Source of the DNA: Candidatus Electrothrix sp. GW3-4
Lineage (GTDB): Bacteria; Desulfobacterota; Desulfobulbia; Desulfobulbales; Desulfobulbaceae
Reading direction: 5' to 3'
Length of the DNA stretch: 32,000 bases
Assembly (NCBI RefSeq): GCF_037902255.1
Contig: NZ_CP147990.1
Span: 720,001 to 752,000, forward strand
In this document: positions 7,342 through 16,059 of the stretch, in pieces
Position numbering within the stretch: the stretch's first letter is position 1
Layout: every line of letters begins with the position of its first letter
Made by a program: the position numbers and the translations under genes
The notes under the pieces: generated by a model
Seen by the model: the letters and a program-made list of their open reading frames with translations, nothing else
Databases searched by the model: none
Told to the model about the DNA's origin: nothing

Positions 7342-7869
7342 ACGTGTTTTCCTCCGAATAAAGAAAAGTTTTTACCTCAATCCTGATGGTTTCGTAAAAA
7401 GTCCAAAATTGCGAAAAATCGTGTTGTAACTCGCTGAGTAGCCGTTAGCGAATTGCTGTTTTCTGACTTTTTAGCAGGCCATCAATCCTGCTTGATCATA
7501 GCGCGTTCAACACCACCTCCTTTTCTTCAGAGCATTTTTTCTCTTTTTGGGACGTTAGATTAAGCTGTTGGACGATAACGACTTAATCTGAGCCTTTGTT
7601 TAAAATATATATAATACATTGTGGTATGGTTGGATAGGAAGCAAAAAATGATGGAAAAGAGAAAATGTTCGATGAATATTAATGGGCTTCGGGATGAGGT
7701 TGATTGATTTTAATATGAAATAAGCAGGTTATATGGTGAGTCTTGACGGGGAAAAGAGAGGGGCAGGTTGGTTCTTCTCCATGCCCTTGGTTCATCTCTG
7801 TTGATAATTTTTTGAGGACGTGGGGGCGACTATGATGGATGATATCCAGAAGCACGAAAAGAGGACCTT

Positions 7870-8712
7870 ATGATTTCAGTTATTATTCCGACCTGTAATC
7901 GGGCCGGATTTCTTGAACAGGCAATTGCTTCAGTGGTGGATCAGACTCTTGCCTGCGGAGAAATTCTGGTGGTCGATGACGGTTCCACTGATGCAACCTC
8001 AGAGGTCGTCAGGCAGATTAGTGAGGGCAGCAAGGTGCCGCCGATTCGTTATCTCTATCAGGAGAATAAAGGGGCCTCAGCAGCACGGAATAAGGGGGTT
8101 GTGGAAGCCCGCTATGATCTCCTCTCTTTTCTGGACTCCGACGATCGTTGGGCCCCACAAAAGCTGGAGATGCAGCTGCAAGCGATGGAGCGGCAACCGC
8201 AATATCTTATCTCTCATACCCGGGAGATTTGGTATCGGCGAGGCGTGCGGGTAAACCAGAAAAAGAAACATGCGCCACCACATGGCGAGATATTCAAACG
8301 TGCTTTGCGGATGTGTGTGGTCGGGATGTCCACGGTCATGGCGCGGCGGGAGCTCTTTACCCGTTACGGCCTGTTTGACGAGGAGATGCTCTGCTGTGAA
8401 GATTATGATCTTTGGTTGCGAGTGAGCAGGAAGGCGGAGTTTCTTCTGGTTGATGAGGCCCTGACTCTGAAGGACGGTGGGCGACCGGATCAGCTCTCAG
8501 TCCTTCATCGTCTGGGAATGGATACCTGGCGTATCCGTTCTCTTTGCCATCTGTTGGAGAATGCTCCATTGACTTCGGAGCAATATACCCAGGCCCTTGC
8601 AGAACTGGAGAGGAAATGCAGGATTTACGGGAAAGGATGCATAAAGCATGGCAGGGTGGAGGAGGGGCGACGCTACCTTGCTTTGCCGGGGCAGTTCCGG
8701 TTTGAAGGGTAA
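7870..8712 (+). CDS. Glycosyltransferase family 2
   Basis: The N-terminal GT-A signature is present (ISVIIPTCNRAGFLEQAIASVVDQT...ILVVDDGSTD...FLDSDD). An AAGAGGA RBS lies upstream. Confidence 0.85.
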   Translation: MISVIIPTCNRAGFLEQAIASVVDQTLACGEILVVDDGSTDATSEVVRQISEGSKVPPIRYLYQENKGASAARNKGVVEARYDLLSFLDSDDRWAPQKLEMQLQAMERQPQYLISHTREIWYRRGVRVNQKKKHAPPHGEIFKRALRMCVVGMSTVMARRELFTRYGLFDEEMLCCEDYDLWLRVSRKAEFLLVDEALTLKDGGRPDQLSVLHRLGMDTWRIRSLCHLLENAPLTSEQYTQALAELERKCRIYGKGCIKHGRVEEGRRYLALPGQFRFEG

Positions 8713-8866
8713 TTTTTTAATATGAATAGTTTTTGCAATATTAAGCCCTGGGGTGAGTTTATCTGCTGTTTGGCCTTGATTAATATATTGAATTTGAGTA
8801 GTGTATTTTATACTCTAGTGTAATAAATTGTACCTTTTGTTCTGTTGACCACGGGGTGGTGGTAAA

Positions 8867-9496
8867 ATGGCTATAATATCAAAAAGTCTCCTTTTATTCC
8901 TGTTTCAAGGGACCTTGTATTGGATCTGCTGGCAACCAGAAGAGATGGAGCCTTATCTTGCTTTTTTCGTATTGTTTTTTGTCCTTTTTTTCGTTTATGC
9001 AGGAAGTTGTGGGGCTATGCCGGATTTACGGATTACCTCTCTTCGGTTAAAAAAAATGGAACCAGGCAGGATGCCAGCTGTCTGCTATGAGATTGAAAAT
9101 ATCGGTGATGGCGAAGCAAGAAATGTGCAGATTGAAACGCGGATTACTGTAATTAAGAAAAAAAAAGCGGGTGAGATGTTTTCTCTTCTGATCCCTTCCC
9201 AGGCCCCCAAGGCATTTTTGTCCCACGGCAAAACCATGCATAAGAATTTTTCTTTTATGAAAAGGTTCGCTGCTGATGAGATGAATAAGGTTGAGAAGGG
9301 AGAACTGATCCTCTCTGCCTCTTCAATTATTCGGTATAAGGATGAACGACGAAAAGTGCATAGGGAGTTGAGGGTATGGAGTGTTTATAATCCCAAAACG
9401 CAATGTTTTGAAAAGACCTTTGGATTGTGGGGTGGTGAAGACGGGCTAGACATAGGGGTGAATCAACCCGTTTCGAGCAATTATGTGAGTTGTTAG
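8867..9496 (+). CDS. Hypothetical membrane-anchored protein with a CARDB-like beta-sandwich segment
   Basis: It has a hydrophobic N-terminus (FFVLFFVLFFVYAGSCG), then PDLRITSLRL...VCYEIENIGDGEARNVQIE, which resembles the CARDB pattern. The gene is visibly AT-rich. The start is uncertain (8867 or the ATG at 8945). Confidence 0.5.
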   Translation: MAIISKSLLLFLFQGTLYWICWQPEEMEPYLAFFVLFFVLFFVYAGSCGAMPDLRITSLRLKKMEPGRMPAVCYEIENIGDGEARNVQIETRITVIKKKKAGEMFSLLIPSQAPKAFLSHGKTMHKNFSFMKRFAADEMNKVEKGELILSASSIIRYKDERRKVHRELRVWSVYNPKTQCFEKTFGLWGGEDGLDIGVNQPVSSNYVSC

Positions 9497-9585
9497 TCTG
9501 CTTATATTTCTTGGGCTCCTCCTCGGTGTTTTTTTAAGAGAGGTTATTTTTCAGGAAGTGAGTGCGTGGGGAAATTGCTGATGCA

Positions 9586-9610
9586 GGAGAGGGGGGCTAC
9601 CTCTTTTTTA
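9586..9610 (+). terminator. Weak rho-independent terminator after the CARDB-like gene
   Basis: The stem is agagg (9588-9592) / cctct (9600-9604) with flanking G-U pairs, followed by TTTTTTA. Confidence 0.35.
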
Positions 9611-9858
9611 TGCTTATTTATACGCACAGGAGGCGTAAGGTATATAGCCTTTTGCGGTAAAAAAAGGTATACTGTTTTGCTTTCTACTGGCGAAAAATCA
9701 AGGATAAGGTGAAGTTTGCTGCCTGTTAGAGAGAAAAGAAAATCTTGGTGTGGGATTGATGTTTCGGCAGGAAAGAGGCGTGCTTGAATGCGCAGTAAGC
9801 AGTAGAGTTGCGGGCTCTGGAGTTTCGCAATAATTTTTTTTCAGGAGAAGAGAGATAC

Positions 9859-12270
9859 GTGAGCGAGCAGGAAAAGACGTCCTACGGGGCGGAACAGATA
9901 AAGGTCCTTGACGGGCTGGAGGCCGTGCGCAAGCGTCCGGCTATGTACATCGGCAATACTGCCGAAGAAGGACTGCACCATCTGATTTACGAGGTGGTGG
10001 ATAACTCCATTGATGAGGCCTTGGCGGGCCATTGTGATCGGATCCGGGTGGTGATCCGTGAGGATGGCGGTGTCTCGGTTGAGGATAACGGACGTGGTAT
10101 TCCGGTGGAGAAGCATCCGACGGAAGACATGACTGCCTTGGAACTGGTTATGACGACCCTGCACGCCGGAGGTAAGTTCGATCACTCTTCCTACAAGGTA
10201 TCTGGTGGGCTGCATGGGGTTGGTGTTTCGGTGGTTAACGCCCTGAGCACGGCAGTCACTGCCGAGATCAAACGGAACGGAAAGGTCTACCGTCAGTCCT
10301 ATGAGTACGGCGATAAAACCAGTGATATGGAGATCATCGGGACCAGCGATCATACCGGAACAACTATCACCTTTAAGCCGGACCCCTCAATCTTCAGGGA
10401 AACTACCATCTTTAAGTACGATACGGTGCGTAACCGGCTGCGTGAGCTTGCCTTCCTCAATCGAGGCATCAGGATTTCTCTTAAGGATGAGCGCAGCGGG
10501 GCGGAAGACGAGTTCCATTTTGAAGGCGGGATTGTTGAGTATGTGGAATACCTGAACCGTAAACGTACTTCGATTCATCCTGACCCTATTTTTATTGAAG
10601 GGGAAAAGGATCAGGTGCAGGTGGAGATCTCCCTCCAGTATTTTGATGGCTATTCTGAGCGCCTATCCTCCTTTGTTAATAATATCAATACCCGTGAGGG
10701 TGGGTCTCATGTAGCTGGTTTTCGGGCTGCATTGACCAAATGTATCAATAAATACGCCACAGATGATATTGTTCCGAAAAAAATGAAGGCCAAGATGGGC
10801 GGTGATGATGTCCGTGAAGGCCTGACTGCTATTGTCTCGGTTCGGGTGCCTAACCCCCAGTTTGAGGGACAGACCAAGACCAAGTTGGGAAATGCTGAGG
10901 TTAAATCCATTGTCTCTACCATCTGTCATGAGAAACTCAGCGCCTATTTGGAAGAGAATCCCCAGATTGCCAAGTTGATTCTGAGCAAGGCCGTTGATGC
11001 GGCCCGGGCCAGAGAGGCGGCAAAAAGGGCTCGGGATCTGTCCCGTAAAAAGGGTGGCACCTCGGTGATGATGGCGGGCAAACTGGCTGAGTGCCAGTCC
11101 AAGAAGCCGGAAGAGCGGGAGTTGTTTATCGTGGAGGGTGATTCTGCGGGTGGTTCTGCAAAACAAGGCAGAGATCGTTCTGTCCAGGCTATTCTGCCCC
11201 TGCGCGGTAAGATTATGAACGTGGAAAAGGCTCGTTTTGATAAGATCCTTGATTCCGAGGAGATCAAACAGCTGATCGCTTCCTTAGGGACCGGTATTGG
11301 TCGGGAAGAGTTTGACCAGGAGAAACTCCGCTACCATAAAATCATCATTATGACGGATGCTGATGTGGATGGAGCGCATATCAGGACCTTGCTCCTTACT
11401 TTTTTCTACCGCCAGATGTTACCCTTGGTGGAAAACGGTTATGTCTATATCGGTCAGCCACCCTTGTACCGGTTAGGACGGGGGAAAAAGGAACAGTATT
11501 TTATTGATGACGATGCCCTGAATAACTACCTTTATGACCAGGCCGCTCAATTCATCCGGGTTCGTCGGGAGGACGGTGCAGAGATTGAGGGGCAGGCTAT
11601 GGTCAACATGCTCAAGAAGTTGACTTTTTTTGGACGGGTTAACAGCTTTCTGGAACGGATGAATATTCAGGAAAGGTTGGCCTTCTTTCTTCTGGAAAAC
11701 GACGTGCATTCCGCAGATCAGTTCCAAGATAAGGCCTTCCTGGAAGGATTGCTGGAAAAACTGGCTACCTTGGATTCGGTTGCCAGCAATATCCGCGTTT
11801 GCCGCTGGCGCCCGAGCTGTTACGAGGTAGATGTTTCCTTTCGTGGTCAAGCTCATACCCGGACTACTATGGGACCCAATATTCCGCTCATCCCGGAATA
11901 TCGGCACGCCCTCGACCTGTACCCTGAAATTCGAGACTATGCCTCCGGTACTTTTACGATTATCAAGACCTCGAGTTCAGGGCAGGAAAAGGAATTTTTG
12001 GCAGAGGACTGGCATGGATTGATTCGCTTGGTGCGTGAGGAAACTTTTAAGGGCAGTCATCTGCAACGCTATAAAGGTCTTGGTGAAATGAATCCGGAAC
12101 AGCTGTGGGATACCACCATGAATCCGGAAAATCGCACGCTCCTTCAGGTAAAGATTGAGGATGCTGAGGCAGCTGATGATCTTTTTGTTACCCTGATGGG
12201 GGATAAGGTCGAGCCGAGACGTGAGTTTATCCAGAACCATGCGTTAGAAGTTGCCGAGCTGGATGTGTGA
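9859..12270 (+). CDS. gyrB: DNA gyrase subunit B
   Basis: The GyrB motifs LEAVRKRPAMYIG, EVVDNSIDEA, GGLHGVG, EGDSAGG, PLRGKIMNVE and DADVDGAHI are present, and the product is about 803 aa. I chose the GTG at 9859 (VSEQEK...) because AGGAGAAG lies 8 nt upstream. The track ORF begins at 9808. Confidence 0.97.
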   Translation: MSEQEKTSYGAEQIKVLDGLEAVRKRPAMYIGNTAEEGLHHLIYEVVDNSIDEALAGHCDRIRVVIREDGGVSVEDNGRGIPVEKHPTEDMTALELVMTTLHAGGKFDHSSYKVSGGLHGVGVSVVNALSTAVTAEIKRNGKVYRQSYEYGDKTSDMEIIGTSDHTGTTITFKPDPSIFRETTIFKYDTVRNRLRELAFLNRGIRISLKDERSGAEDEFHFEGGIVEYVEYLNRKRTSIHPDPIFIEGEKDQVQVEISLQYFDGYSERLSSFVNNINTREGGSHVAGFRAALTKCINKYATDDIVPKKMKAKMGGDDVREGLTAIVSVRVPNPQFEGQTKTKLGNAEVKSIVSTICHEKLSAYLEENPQIAKLILSKAVDAARAREAAKRARDLSRKKGGTSVMMAGKLAECQSKKPEERELFIVEGDSAGGSAKQGRDRSVQAILPLRGKIMNVEKARFDKILDSEEIKQLIASLGTGIGREEFDQEKLRYHKIIIMTDADVDGAHIRTLLLTFFYRQMLPLVENGYVYIGQPPLYRLGRGKKEQYFIDDDALNNYLYDQAAQFIRVRREDGAEIEGQAMVNMLKKLTFFGRVNSFLERMNIQERLAFFLLENDVHSADQFQDKAFLEGLLEKLATLDSVASNIRVCRWRPSCYEVDVSFRGQAHTRTTMGPNIPLIPEYRHALDLYPEIRDYASGTFTIIKTSSSGQEKEFLAEDWHGLIRLVREETFKGSHLQRYKGLGEMNPEQLWDTTMNPENRTLLQVKIEDAEAADDLFVTLMGDKVEPRREFIQNHALEVAELDV

Positions 12271-12437
12271 AGAGGTAAGAGGGCAACGCCTCGTGTATCT
12301 CTTGTGTTGTCCTTGTTTTAAAACTCTGGGTGTTGTTCAATTTTTATTTTTTTCTACCTTTATTTTAAGTTGTTATAGAGGGGGTTGTCTTCTGTATCTC
12401 TAACTATCAATAAAATTTAATGGTATGTGTGTTTATT

Positions 12438-12608
12438 ATGCATGAGCAAAGAACAAAACAGGATCGCATTAATGAGTTGAGAAACAAAATCTACTATGCT
12501 GAATCTGCACGAGATGCCTACAGAGAAATAAATTTAAATCTTTATGAAACGAATTCTGTGTATGCAGAGGCCTTGAAACGCGAGTTGAGAGATTTGGAAG
12601 AATCATAA
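12438..12608 (+). CDS. Possible small helical protein (56 aa), uncharacterised
   Basis: The ORF reads MHEQRTKQDRINELRNKIYYAESARDAYREINLNLYETNSVYAEALKRELRDLEES and lies in an AT-rich patch. There is no clear Shine-Dalgarno sequence. Its 3' end overlaps the tail of the convergent glgX ORF. Confidence 0.25.
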   Translation: MHEQRTKQDRINELRNKIYYAESARDAYREINLNLYETNSVYAEALKRELRDLEES

Positions 12609-14800
12609 GTACGTCGATTGGATAAAAAGGGGCCGTCTTCTCCAGCGGCCCTGTCCCACCTCTTTATTTCCTTCTTTTTACCTGGCTGCTCGGGTTTGCC
12701 CCTCCTAACAGTTTGAAGGACAACACATCCCATAGCAACTACCTTGAGTTGGTCTCCTATCGCGACGCAAGGGGCTTTGTCAGGAGCAAGAATATCTGCT
12801 GGAGGCTCTTGCCGGGTATCAATGATCTTTTTCCAGACGCAGAGGCCCGTTTCAGCATCAGGCTCTGGAACGGTAAACAGCGCCTCCTCTCCAGGATGGC
12901 CGTTGAGCATAATAAAGAAGTTCGGATCGTCCTTATCTTCAATTGTACAGCCTTTGAGAAGAAAAGAGAGGGTGTGGATATGCTCGGACCAATCTTCTGT
13001 GCCTGGTTCCAGGGCCTGCCAGAGGATTGTTTGGCCAACAGGTGGCATATCAGGCCTGTTGACCTCAAAGAAGTCCACCCGGCGGAAGATGGCATGTTGC
13101 TGGCGGAGCTGGATGAGTTTTCTGAAAAAACGGACCTGTCCTTTATTTTTTTCCACAAGATCCCAGTTAAGCCAGCTGATTGCATTATCCTGACACCAGG
13201 CATTATTGTTTCCCAGCTGGGTCTGGCCAAATTCATCCCCAGCCACCAGCATGGGAACCCCTTGAGAAAGGAAGAGGATAACGGCCATTGTCTTAATGCG
13301 GCGTCGACGGAGAGTAAGGACTGCTGGTTTATTGGTTGGTCCTGGGGCTCCTGAATCCCAGCTCAGGTTATTATTATCCCCGTCCCGGTTCTTTTCACCG
13401 TTGGCCAGGTTCTGTTTTTCATTGTAACTGACGAGATCCGCCAAGGTAAATCCGTCGTGGCTGGTAATGAAGTTGATGGAGTTACAGGGTCTACGGCCAT
13501 TATGCTGATAGAGATCCGAGCTGCCTGCAATCCGGGTCGCCAAGGCCGAAACCATGCCCGGATCCCCCTTCATGAACATCCGTACATCATCCCGGAACTT
13601 GCCATTCCACTCCGCCCAGCGGTGATGGGAGGAAAAATGGCCGACCTGATACAGGCCAGCCGCATCCCATGCCTCAGCAATGATCTTTGTGCTTGCCAAG
13701 ATAGGGTCTTCGGCAATCATCTCTACGACCGGTGGATTGCTGAGAACATTGCCGTCCTGATCGCGTCCGAGGATTGAGGCAAGATCAAAACGGAAGCCAT
13801 CCACATGCATCTCTATGACCCACCAGTGCAGGGCATCCATGATCAGGTTGCGGACTATAGGATGATTGCAGTTGCAGGTATTGCCGCAGCCAGAAAAATT
13901 GAGATACTCTCTGGTCTTTGGATCAAGCAGGTAATAGATCGGGTTGTCAATGCCGCGAAAAGAGGTGGTCGGCCCGTCCCAACCTCCCTCGGAGGTGTGG
14001 TTGAAGACGATATCAAGGATAACCTCAATACCGGCTCGATGCAGGGTCTTGACCATGTCACGAAATTCCCACAAAGGGTGAGCACTGTCTGAAGAGTAGG
14101 AGGCCTTGGGCGCAAAAAAGGAGAGCGGGTTGTATCCCCAGAAGTTGCGGAGCTTTTCGTCGGTTTTCGGATTACGAAATTGGCATTCCGTTTCATCGAA
14201 TTCTGTAACCGGCATGAGTTCTACCGCAGTGATCCCCAGCGCCTTCAGGTAATCGATTTTTTCGCAGATCCCTTTAAAGGTGCCTGGAAAACTGCAGCCC
14301 GATGAAGGGTGCTGGGTAAAACCGCGTACGTGCATCTCATAGATGATTGTATCCTGTAAGGGGATGTTGAGTGGGCGGTCTCCTTCCCAGTCATAGTTGT
14401 CAAGAGGGGGGATCAGGCCGCAGGTTTGGTGATTGATGCAGGAGCGATCTTCACTCCAGCGTGGAGAACGTATCTCTTTGGCATAAGGGTCAAGTATAAT
14501 CAGGCTATCATCAAAGGCCAGACCACTGGTCCGGGGCTCCATAGGGCCTGAAATCCTGTACCCGTAACGCAGATAGGTAGGAAGACCGCTGATTTGAATA
14601 TGCCATATATCACCGGTTTTGTTAGTTTTTGGATCCAGGGGGATTTCAAGGCGGGAGGATTCGCAGGCATCCTTTACACCCAGGACTAAGGTGATTTTCT
14701 CTGCATGGCGGGAAAAAAGAGCGAAATTGATACCTACCGGTGTGACGGTTACTCCGAGTGGCTGTGGTGAACCGGAAAATGTAGGGAAATTGATTTTCAT
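12542..14800 (-). CDS. glgX: Glycogen debranching enzyme (isoamylase, GH13)
   Basis: PLGVTVTPVGINFALFS, DGFRFDLA, EAWD and FITSHDGFTL are present. I chose the ATG at 14800 (MKINFPTF...). Family-like sequence ends near 12707 (...VVLQTV) and is followed by a 54-codon K/R-rich tail. Confidence 0.92.
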   Translation of the reverse strand: MKINFPTFSGSPQPLGVTVTPVGINFALFSRHAEKITLVLGVKDACESSRLEIPLDPKTNKTGDIWHIQISGLPTYLRYGYRISGPMEPRTSGLAFDDSLIILDPYAKEIRSPRWSEDRSCINHQTCGLIPPLDNYDWEGDRPLNIPLQDTIIYEMHVRGFTQHPSSGCSFPGTFKGICEKIDYLKALGITAVELMPVTEFDETECQFRNPKTDEKLRNFWGYNPLSFFAPKASYSSDSAHPLWEFRDMVKTLHRAGIEVILDIVFNHTSEGGWDGPTTSFRGIDNPIYYLLDPKTREYLNFSGCGNTCNCNHPIVRNLIMDALHWWVIEMHVDGFRFDLASILGRDQDGNVLSNPPVVEMIAEDPILASTKIIAEAWDAAGLYQVGHFSSHHRWAEWNGKFRDDVRMFMKGDPGMVSALATRIAGSSDLYQHNGRRPCNSINFITSHDGFTLADLVSYNEKQNLANGEKNRDGDNNNLSWDSGAPGPTNKPAVLTLRRRRIKTMAVILFLSQGVPMLVAGDEFGQTQLGNNNAWCQDNAISWLNWDLVEKNKGQVRFFRKLIQLRQQHAIFRRVDFFEVNRPDMPPVGQTILWQALEPGTEDWSEHIHTLSFLLKGCTIEDKDDPNFFIMLNGHPGEEALFTVPEPDAETGLCVWKKIIDTRQEPPADILAPDKAPCVAIGDQLKVVAMGCVVLQTVRRGKPEQPGKKKEIKRWDRAAGEDGPFLSNRRTYDSSKSLNSRFKASAYTEFVS
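12622..12652 (-). terminator. Rho-independent terminator (minus-strand sense), lying inside the glgX ORF tail
   Basis: The stem is gggccg (12630-12635) / cggccc (12646-12651) with a 10-nt loop. On the minus strand it is followed by CTTTTTATCC. Confidence 0.6.
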
Positions 14801-15025
14801 GTTGACTTGGGAATTATTCCTATTGTATCCTTTTGTGTAGGACAAGGAGCTGAGTAATTTGTTCGGGTTGTAGAGCGTTAGGGCCGTTACCTTATTCCTG
14901 CGCTCTTTCCCCTGTGAACCAGTGCTTTTTTGCCCCCCACACTTGTTGTGTGGAGTCGTTTATTTTAACCGTAGTAATATTATACTCTACTTTGAGAAAT
15001 TTCTAAAAAATAATGGAGGCGCTCT

Positions 15026-15970
15026 ATGGGGCTTTTCAATGCATTGAATCTGAACGGTAATCCGACAACCGTAGACTGGGAAATGACCCCGGAATACAGC
15101 TTCGGTACCTTTGAGAGTTGGGGTGGTCGGGAGAGAGTTCGCAGTAGCAATGAGCGGATCTATTATTTTTTTGTCGACGCCTGGGGAGAGCAGCCTAAGC
15201 TCTGTTTAATGGAGCGCGGTATTAAACATGCCAGGATCGTCGCGGAAATCAAGGCCCCGCCTGAAATGATGCAACGCTGTGTGCAGAAACAAGGGAAGGT
15301 GGCCCTTTTTGAGCGGACTCATGCCATTAACGGAGAACTCAAACAGTGGTTGATTGATAATATAATGGACACTGATGATACCTCACGGGTTATTCCTCTG
15401 AAGGAGGAAGATCAGCGGGACCATCTGGGGGCCACAGGTCTTCCTGGGAGTGAGGAGCCGCTCCCTGAGAATCTTCCGGCGCATATTAGCTTGCCTTCCA
15501 CAACCCTTGAGTTTGTCGAGGAAGAGGCGGACAAGATGATCAAAGAGTATAATTTCACTGATCAGAAGCGTAACCCCGATGGTCTGTTCAAGAATTATTT
15601 AGTAGATAACGGTGATGGCTTAACAGTGACCGATGTGGTCACTGGCCTGATGTGGCAACGGGCTGGACTGGATATCATGAGCCACCGTATGCTCCGTAAA
15701 GAGATAGAGGCCATCAATAATAAGGGCCTTGCTGGTCATAACGACTGGAGAATGCCGACCCTGCCAGAGGCCATGTCTCTTTTGGACAACGAGTTGAACA
15801 GTAAAAAACTCTACCTCCATCCTGCATTTTCTGCTGATCAGCCCTTTATTATGGTGGATACTGAACGGAGACCAGGGGGGCAGTGGTTTGTTGATTACAA
15901 ACAGGGCAGTGCCTATTGGGCATCAGCAACTATCCCCGGAGGGTTTGGGCGACTTTGTCGTAACGTTTAA
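15026..15970 (+). CDS. DUF1566 (Lcl C-terminal domain)-containing protein with an unrecognised N-terminal domain
   Basis: The C-terminal third has TVTDVVTGLMWQR...HNDWRMPTLPEAMSL, the DUF1566 signature. There is no signal peptide or lipobox at the N-terminus. A GGAGG RBS lies upstream. Confidence 0.75.
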   Translation: MGLFNALNLNGNPTTVDWEMTPEYSFGTFESWGGRERVRSSNERIYYFFVDAWGEQPKLCLMERGIKHARIVAEIKAPPEMMQRCVQKQGKVALFERTHAINGELKQWLIDNIMDTDDTSRVIPLKEEDQRDHLGATGLPGSEEPLPENLPAHISLPSTTLEFVEEEADKMIKEYNFTDQKRNPDGLFKNYLVDNGDGLTVTDVVTGLMWQRAGLDIMSHRMLRKEIEAINNKGLAGHNDWRMPTLPEAMSLLDNELNSKKLYLHPAFSADQPFIMVDTERRPGGQWFVDYKQGSAYWASATIPGGFGRLCRNV

Positions 15971-15990
15971 GTGAAAAAAAACAGTGCATG

Positions 15991-16029
15991 AAAAAACCGC
16001 TTATGTCTATTGATATAAGCGGTTTTTTG
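15991..16029. terminator. Bidirectional rho-independent terminator between convergent genes
   Basis: The stem is accgcttat (15996-16004) / ataagcggt (15015+1000-16023), that is 16015-16023. An A-run lies 5' and TTTTTGG lies 3'. Confidence 0.8.
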
Positions 16030-16059
16030 GTGCCAAAGGGCCGTCTCAGATGAATTGTA

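Noticed and set aside
7648-7707. A 19-codon ORF (MMEKRKCSMNINGLRDEVD) in the AT-rich spacer, as a possible leader peptide.
   Set aside because: It has no RBS, no downstream attenuator structure and no informative codon bias.
9808-9858. The upstream extension of gyrB (MRALEFRNNFFSGEERY).
   Set aside because: GyrB homology starts at VSEQEK.. The GTG at 9859 has an AGGAGAAG RBS at proper spacing. The extension has no RBS and covers the T-rich leader.
12271-12300. Looked for a gyrB terminator directly after the stop codon.
   Set aside because: There are only short imperfect complementary stretches and no stem followed by a U-run. Termination probably occurs further downstream, or at the 12622-12652 hairpin.
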